Part shown: in pieces, positions 58,663 through 64,000 of the stretch
Layout of the letters: the number at the start of each line of letters is the position of its first letter
Position numbering within the stretch: the stretch's first letter is position 1
Virus record (IMG/VR): IMGVR_UViG_3300020576_006967
Span: 32,001 to 96,000 of that record
Source of the DNA: a virus
Lineage: Duplodnaviria > Caudoviricetes
DNA length: 64,000 bases
Strand: one strand, 5' to 3'
Position numbers and translations under genes: made by a program
Notes under the pieces: model-generated
Seen by the model: the letters and a program-made list of their open reading frames with translations, nothing else
What the model was told of the DNA's origin: nothing
Database searches by the model: none

Positions 58663-59379
58663 ATGAAAAAGAAATTGGTTGTTTTAAGTGGTGCGGGTCT
58701 TGATACAGAGGCTGGAATACCAACTTTTAGAGATAGTAATGGCCTTTGGGAAAATTACAACGTTGAAGATGTGGCAAGTCCCAAAGGATGGATCTCAAAC
58801 CCAGAATTGGTTTTAAGATTTTACAACGAAAGAAGAAGGCAGTTGGCTAGCGTAGAACCTACAGAAGCGCACAAGTTATTTGTAAAGCTAGAAGAGTATT
58901 TTGATGTATATCACATTACTCAAAATATTTCAGATTTATTAGAAAGAGCTGGAGCTAAAAATATTTTGCATCTTCACGGAGAACTTGTAAAAGCAAAAAG
59001 TTCAAGTGGCCTTGGAGAAAGCAAATTTATTGGTTACGAAGACATAAATGTTGGTGACTTGTGTGAAGACGGATTTCAAATGAGGCCAGATATTGTGTGG
59101 TTTGGAGAAATGGTACCAATGATTAAAAAAGCAGAAGACATCACCTTGTTTTCAGATATTTTTGTTATAGTGGGTACTTCTCTAAATGTATACCCTGCGG
59201 CTGGATTGGTTGGTTGGAACGACCCAGAAGTTCCAATATACATTATTGATCCAACTAGCTCTTCACTAATTGCTAAAAGAGAACAATATACAACAGTGAT
59301 TAAAAAACCAGCTACAGAAGGCGTAGCAGAACTAATGGAAATATTACTTAAAAATTTAGAACCTAATGATCAAATTTAA
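58663..59379 (+). CDS. cobB: Sir2/CobB NAD-dependent deacylase
   Basis: SGAG...GIPTFR, TQN, HLHG, RPDIVWFGE, GTSLNVYPAAG. Confidence 0.9.
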   Translation: MKKKLVVLSGAGLDTEAGIPTFRDSNGLWENYNVEDVASPKGWISNPELVLRFYNERRRQLASVEPTEAHKLFVKLEEYFDVYHITQNISDLLERAGAKNILHLHGELVKAKSSSGLGESKFIGYEDINVGDLCEDGFQMRPDIVWFGEMVPMIKKAEDITLFSDIFVIVGTSLNVYPAAGLVGWNDPEVPIYIIDPTSSSLIAKREQYTTVIKKPATEGVAELMEILLKNLEPNDQI

Positions 59380-60487
59380 AAATAACGCTGGGGAGTTTTA
59401 TTCAGGATTACAAACTCATGGATATTTTCCAATAAAAAATTGGTATTTAACTGTTTATGGCGAAATTCCAAATGCTTTTAACACAAATCACTATGTTAAG
59501 ACTGATAGTTTTATTGAGCAGTTTAAAAGCCTTGTAATTGTCAAATCTACAACGTTTAGTACAAATAGCATGTCTGAAATTATTGCAGAAGCAGCTTTTG
59601 ATATTGGTGGAGGAGTAGTTGTAAACTTGAAAGATAATTTCTTTTCAAAAAAAGATCAAATACAAAAAGGTCAGTTATTTTTGTATTATACAAAAGAAAC
59701 AGAAGAAGTAAAAAAAATAAAAAAATATTTAATAGACAACAAAGTTGAAGACGAGAAGAAGGGTATTATAAACCTTGTGTGTCAATCTCAAAACGGGTTT
59801 TATTTAAAAGAATATACTATTAAAAATTCTCCAATTGATTTTGATGCAAACTACAACGAAGACTTTAAACAAGTTGACAAAATTATAATGAGTAGATTGA
59901 GCAAAGAGAACGATAAGGGGCTTGTCCTTCTTTATGGTGATCCAGGCACTGGTAAATCTTCCTACATTAGGAGAATCATCAACGAAGTGGACGATAAGAG
60001 AATTTTATATATGCCACCAGACATGACGGCGCAATTATCAAGCCCATCTTTGGTTCCATTCCTTTCAGATTATTCAAATTCCATTTTAATCATAGAGGAT
60101 GCGGAAAACGTTTTAATTAAAAGACAGGGTCAGCACAATCAAGCAATTTCAAACATATTAAATATGTCAGATGGTTTATTGGGAGATTGTTTAAACATTC
60201 AAATTGTTGCTACATTTAACACTGATTTAAAAAACATAGACGAAGCTCTTCTTAGAAAGGGAAGATTAATTGCTAAATACGAATTTGGTCATCTTACAAT
60301 TGATAGAATTAAAAAGCTATCTTCGACCCTTGGTATTAAATATAAAAAAGAGTTTAAAACAGTGGCAGACGTTTATAATAGTGATGAAATGAGTTTCGTA
60401 GAAGAAAAACAAACGGTTGGTTTTAAAATAAAAGAACTTAGGGTAGATACAACAATAGACGGAAAAAGCATATTTGATCAAAAATAG
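59366..60487 (+). CDS. AAA ATPase
   Basis: GDPGTGKS, IIEDAE, LLRKGRL. Confidence 0.85.
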   Translation: MIKFKNNAGEFYSGLQTHGYFPIKNWYLTVYGEIPNAFNTNHYVKTDSFIEQFKSLVIVKSTTFSTNSMSEIIAEAAFDIGGGVVVNLKDNFFSKKDQIQKGQLFLYYTKETEEVKKIKKYLIDNKVEDEKKGIINLVCQSQNGFYLKEYTIKNSPIDFDANYNEDFKQVDKIIMSRLSKENDKGLVLLYGDPGTGKSSYIRRIINEVDDKRILYMPPDMTAQLSSPSLVPFLSDYSNSILIIEDAENVLIKRQGQHNQAISNILNMSDGLLGDCLNIQIVATFNTDLKNIDEALLRKGRLIAKYEFGHLTIDRIKKLSSTLGIKYKKEFKTVADVYNSDEMSFVEEKQTVGFKIKELRVDTTIDGKSIFDQK

Positions 60488-60490
60488 TGA

Positions 60491-60516
60491 AACTTTTTTA
60501 TTTAAATAACGTATAA
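60491..60516 (+). promoter_or_regulatory. ECF-like promoter driving smpB
   Basis: tgaaacttttttatttaaataacgtataa. Confidence 0.75.
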
Positions 60517-60525
60517 GTAGTAAAG

Positions 60526-60990
60526 GTGGGAAAAATTAAAAAGATAAAAGAACCTTTTAGAATTGAAAATAGGAAGGCAAAATACGAATATAAACTTTTA
60601 GAAAGTTTTGATTGCGGTATTGTGTTGAAGGGCACCGAGATAAAGTCTATACGAGAGAATTCGGCTAATATAGGCGCTGCTTATTGTTATTTGTCAAACG
60701 GACAAGTTATAATAAAAAACATGCATATTTCTGAGTGGAAACATGCTACTACCACACACGATCCAACAAGGGACAGGGTTCTGTTGTTGAAAAAGAAAGA
60801 AATAGAAAAAATTACCAGAGAAGTTAAGACTGCTGGTATAACTCTTGTGCCGACGGTTCTTTACGAAAAAAAGAACATAGCAAAAGTTATCATCAGTTTA
60901 GCCAAAGGTAAAAAAACTAGAGATAAAAGAGATAAAATTCGTGAAGACAATATTAAGCGTGACACAGACAGAGAAATGAATTCTTTTTAG
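60526..60990 (+). CDS. smpB: SsrA-binding protein
   Basis: NRKAKYEY, GIVLKGTEIKSIR, HDPTR, LAKGKK..DKR. Confidence 0.93.
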   Translation: MGKIKKIKEPFRIENRKAKYEYKLLESFDCGIVLKGTEIKSIRENSANIGAAYCYLSNGQVIIKNMHISEWKHATTTHDPTRDRVLLLKKKEIEKITREVKTAGITLVPTVLYEKKNIAKVIISLAKGKKTRDKRDKIREDNIKRDTDREMNSF

Positions 60991-61030
60991 GAATTATTTT
61001 TTTTATTCTATTTATTATAAATAATAGAAT

Positions 61031-62092
61031 ATGAAAAGAGAATGGTCTGAAAAACAAGTTGATACATTAAAGCAAAATTATGCTAATGGTAAAAAAGAAG
61101 ATCTTATTAAGCTTATAGGAAAAAGTTGGTGTGCTATTTTATGCAAGGCCAACAAGTTGAAATTGCAAAGAGAACTACTTCAGTTAAAAAATGTAGACAC
61201 CTCTAATTGGTCTCTAAAAGAGTTAGAAATATTAAAGAAAAATTATTTTGAATTAAGTAAAGAAGAATTAATAAAACTTATCCCAAACAGAAAATGGTCT
61301 TCAATACAACAAAAAGCATTTTGTTTTAATTTAAAACGAAAAACAGAAAGAGACTCAGAATTAAGTGTCTTATTGAAAGAAAACAATGAGGTGTATTATT
61401 GGCTTGGTTTTTTAATGGCAGATGGGCACTTTTCAGAAAGTTCAATTCAAGTTAATTTAGCTAAAAAAGACATTGAACATTTGAAAAAATTTTCAAAATT
61501 TGTAAAATGTAAAAAGGATCTTGTAAAACCTAATTTCAAAGCTGGTGATAAAAAAGTTTTAAATTTATTGCGACAGAAATTTAAAATTAAAAACAATAAA
61601 ACATATCATCCATGTGATATTGAAAACATAAAAAATGACGATTTTTTATTCTCTTTAATAATAGGGTTTATAGATGGCGATGGATCTATTTGCGCTTCTT
61701 ATGGGAGAACATCGTTATCTGTAAAGTGTCACTCTTCTTGGTTTAATAATTTAGAGATTATGTTAAATGTTTTATGCGGAGAAAATAAAAAAACATATAA
61801 AACAAGAATAAATAGTTACAATTTAGCTTATTTTTTTATTACTGATTTAAGTATTTTGAAAAAAATTAAACTAAAATTGCTAGGACTTAAATTACCAGTT
61901 TTAAAAAGAAAATGGGATAAAATTGATTTAAAAAAAGAGTCTGCAATTGAAGAACATGAAAGATTAAAAAAAATGTGTTATGATAATTTTAAACTTGGAA
62001 AGAAACCTAGTGAAATAACCGACAAAAATAGAGTTAGTGTTAGTTTTTGTTATAAAATGCTTGCAGAATATAGGAAAATTGAAACCTTTTAA
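61031..62092 (+). CDS. LAGLIDADG homing endonuclease
   Basis: WLGFLMADGH and IIGFIDGDGS. Confidence 0.8.
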   Translation: MKREWSEKQVDTLKQNYANGKKEDLIKLIGKSWCAILCKANKLKLQRELLQLKNVDTSNWSLKELEILKKNYFELSKEELIKLIPNRKWSSIQQKAFCFNLKRKTERDSELSVLLKENNEVYYWLGFLMADGHFSESSIQVNLAKKDIEHLKKFSKFVKCKKDLVKPNFKAGDKKVLNLLRQKFKIKNNKTYHPCDIENIKNDDFLFSLIIGFIDGDGSICASYGRTSLSVKCHSSWFNNLEIMLNVLCGENKKTYKTRINSYNLAYFFITDLSILKKIKLKLLGLKLPVLKRKWDKIDLKKESAIEEHERLKKMCYDNFKLGKKPSEITDKNRVSVSFCYKMLAEYRKIETF

Positions 62093-62108
62093 TTAAATTT
62101 ACGTATAA
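62083..62108 (+). promoter_or_regulatory. ECF-like promoter
   Basis: tgaaaccttttaattaaatttacgtataa. Confidence 0.75.
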
Positions 62109-62117
62109 AAAACAAGG

Positions 62118-62690
62118 ATGAAAAAAATTATAATTTTAATATTTTTAACTACAATCTTTCACACGTCTTCAAGTCAGAATTCGTCAAAATTAGATGAAAA
62201 ATATGGTTTTAGAAATTTAAAGTTTGAAACTCTGATTGATTCAATAAAAAACTTGAAATTATCAGATTCGATTGATGAAAATTTAAAAGTTTATAATTTA
62301 ATTAATGAGGATCTTAATGTGTTTGATTTAAAAGTGCAAGAAATTTTGTATACATTTTATAAAAACAAACTATATCGAGTAACTATTATTTCAAAAGATG
62401 TGAATAATAACTGGGGTTTTTTAAACTTATTGCAAAAAAAATATGGTTTAGGCAAGTGTATTATATGTCCTGAAAAGTTCGTAAGTTTGGGAATAGAAAC
62501 AGATTATGGTATATATCAATGGAATGGTATAAACACTAAATTAGATTATGTTTATAAAGACACACAAATTTTAAACGAAGATGGTTCCACATTAGAACCA
62601 GGAGCAATGATAGAAATAATTTCTAAAAAAATAATGAAGCAACAAGAAAAAGATGTTGAAAACAAATTAAAAAAATCTAAAGAATTTTAA
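62118..62690 (+). CDS. Secreted hypothetical protein
   Basis: Signal peptide; LDEKYGFRNLKF. Confidence 0.6.
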   Translation: MKKIIILIFLTTIFHTSSSQNSSKLDEKYGFRNLKFETLIDSIKNLKLSDSIDENLKVYNLINEDLNVFDLKVQEILYTFYKNKLYRVTIISKDVNNNWGFLNLLQKKYGLGKCIICPEKFVSLGIETDYGIYQWNGINTKLDYVYKDTQILNEDGSTLEPGAMIEIISKKIMKQQEKDVENKLKKSKEF

Positions 62691-62714
62691 TATTTTTTTA
62701 AACAGTTAAGATTA

Positions 62715-63086
62715 ATGGAAGATCAAGACAACACACAGAGTGGTACAAAGTTAATTTTTGGCCTTAGCCCATTCGCAACATTAATTAATTCCATATTGGT
62801 TATATTTTTTTCGGCACTGCTAAATGCTGCTTATTTTTGCGTAAACTATGCAGAAAGTGAACTTGCTAAAGATGCAACATTAGAAACGCCTTGGTATATT
62901 GCTTTCCCTCTATTCTTTTTGTCTTGGATCATGCTTTCAAGGTATGTCACATGGAGATACGGACTTGTTGTCGGTAAAGTTACTTTTAAAGATTTTTTAA
63001 TAAAAACAATTTATATAATTTTTTTAGTACTTTTGGAAAATATCTTAAAAGCAATTTTTGTATATAAACTAATAACTGTATTATGA
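62715..63086 (+). CDS. Membrane protein
   Basis: Three hydrophobic segments. Confidence 0.55.
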   Translation: MEDQDNTQSGTKLIFGLSPFATLINSILVIFFSALLNAAYFCVNYAESELAKDATLETPWYIAFPLFFLSWIMLSRYVTWRYGLVVGKVTFKDFLIKTIYIIFLVLLENILKAIFVYKLITVL

Positions 63087-63373
63087 CGTTAATTTTAATT
63101 TTTTTATTGTTATGTATAATAGAAATCTCTATTATATGGTTTAAGTGGAAAGAAATATCTGACTTTGTTTCTGTCGGAAAGTTCGCTTCCAAAATGGTTG
63201 GAGTGGAAGAACAATATACGGGTTTTATAAATAAAATAGCTATCTTCTTTATAAAAAGAAAAGGCTATGCCTGGGTCCCTACACTTGTTTTATTATTTGC
63301 TAATTTAATAGCTGCCACATTTATAATTTTTATTATCTGGTTGTTGCAATTAATTTTAATACTTGTTCAATAA
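63083..63373 (+). CDS. Membrane protein
   Basis: Hydrophobic. Confidence 0.55.
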   Translation: MTLILIFLLLCIIEISIIWFKWKEISDFVSVGKFASKMVGVEEQYTGFINKIAIFFIKRKGYAWVPTLVLLFANLIAATFIIFIIWLLQLILILVQ

Positions 63374-63383
63374 ATTTTTAATC

Positions 63384-63569
63384 ATGGCAAAAGTTGTAAG
63401 AATAGATAAAACAAAAATGAAAAGAGTCACACATTCTTCTTGTGGAGCTGTTGTTGAATATTTTGAAAATGAAGTACAATCATTTATTCGCACTGATTAT
63501 GGCGGTGGCAGTGATATGGTTTATTATATTGTATGCCCTAATTGCGGAAAACAAATACAGTGGAGTTAA
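63384..63569 (+). CDS. Small zinc-ribbon protein
   Basis: HSSCG...CPNCG. Confidence 0.6.
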   Translation: MAKVVRIDKTKMKRVTHSSCGAVVEYFENEVQSFIRTDYGGGSDMVYYIVCPNCGKQIQWS

Positions 63570-63982
63570 TGAAAAACTTTAATGATTTACCAAGTGATTT
63601 AGAAACTAATAGGAAGATCCTAAAATTGTTTCATCCTTGTTTGATAGTATCAGATGAACAACTTGCAAAGATGTGCAAGAGGGGTAATTATGATTGGATG
63701 TGCATTGAGGGGTATGTGAAATATTATGGGCACGTTTTTGTTTGTATTGATAACGCCTATGATACCAATATGCTAATTGGAAACAAACACACAATTAAAA
63801 CTTTTGAAAAATATCAAAGCGGCTTAATTTTTAAAGCTTGGAGAATAGAAATAGATGCCATGTTTTTCAAATTTTTTTCAGACACAGAACAGCTTTCAAA
63901 AAAAGTACAAAATTTAATGATTGACGCTGGTTATAGAACAAAAACAGCAGAAGAGTGGTACAAAGAATATTATAAAGATTAA
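63569..63982 (+). CDS. Hypothetical protein
   Basis: Coupled ATG 63569. Confidence 0.5.
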   Translation: MKNFNDLPSDLETNRKILKLFHPCLIVSDEQLAKMCKRGNYDWMCIEGYVKYYGHVFVCIDNAYDTNMLIGNKHTIKTFEKYQSGLIFKAWRIEIDAMFFKFFSDTEQLSKKVQNLMIDAGYRTKTAEEWYKEYYKD

Positions 63983-64000
63983 AATTATAAAAATGGAGCA

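Noticed and set aside
969-63794. Short ORFs antisense to or nested in recognised genes (e.g. 969-1382, 4008-4427, 16074-16406, 37389-37685, 48730-48912)
   Set aside because: Shadow frames of well-supported genes with no motifs.
1-64000. Stop-codon reassignment as in some Bacteroidota megaphages
   Set aside because: Genes are full length in code 11, and TAG, TGA and TAA all end coupled genes.
1-64000. CRISPR array, rRNA or canonical tRNA genes
   Set aside because: None seen by eye; the repeated motifs are dispersed promoter-like elements.
1-64000. Bacterial chromosome origin
   Set aside because: Housekeeping genes are scattered out of operon context among phage-type orphans, seven homing-endonuclease-like genes and a terminase-like gene; a jumbo phage is more likely, though no capsid gene is in the window.

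Overview
Strongly AT-rich, gene-dense, mostly + strand segment that reads as part of a jumbo/mega bacteriophage of a Bacteroidota host. It has many short hypothetical ORFs, free-standing homing-endonuclease-like genes, a terminase-like ATPase, and host-derived genes of Bacteroidota type (sigma70 starting MRQLKI, ClpP, GluRS, DUF3127, SmpB, RNase R). It uses the standard genetic code and has no recognisable major structural genes. Main observations: (1) a circularly permuted two-piece tmRNA (minus strand, about 42950-42483) whose intervening segment is a complete lipoprotein gene; it has an unusual 30-aa tag and no room for the usual pseudoknots, and SmpB, RNase R and ClpP are encoded in the same window; (2) a GluRS gene interrupted by TCA-TAA-T-TCA just downstream of a 12-bp GC-rich hairpin, a candidate programmed ribosomal hop; (3) three promoter classes readable from the DNA: host-type TAnnTTTG, 13 copies of an ECF-like AAC-N16-CGTATAA, and TATTTAT ahead of endonuclease genes; (4) two ribbon-helix-helix + GIY-YIG cassettes with candidate operators; (5) accessory sets for RNA repair, ADP-ribose/NAD, CoA and proteostasis, including a TerY-P-like triad. 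All calls come from motif recognition by eye; no searches were run.
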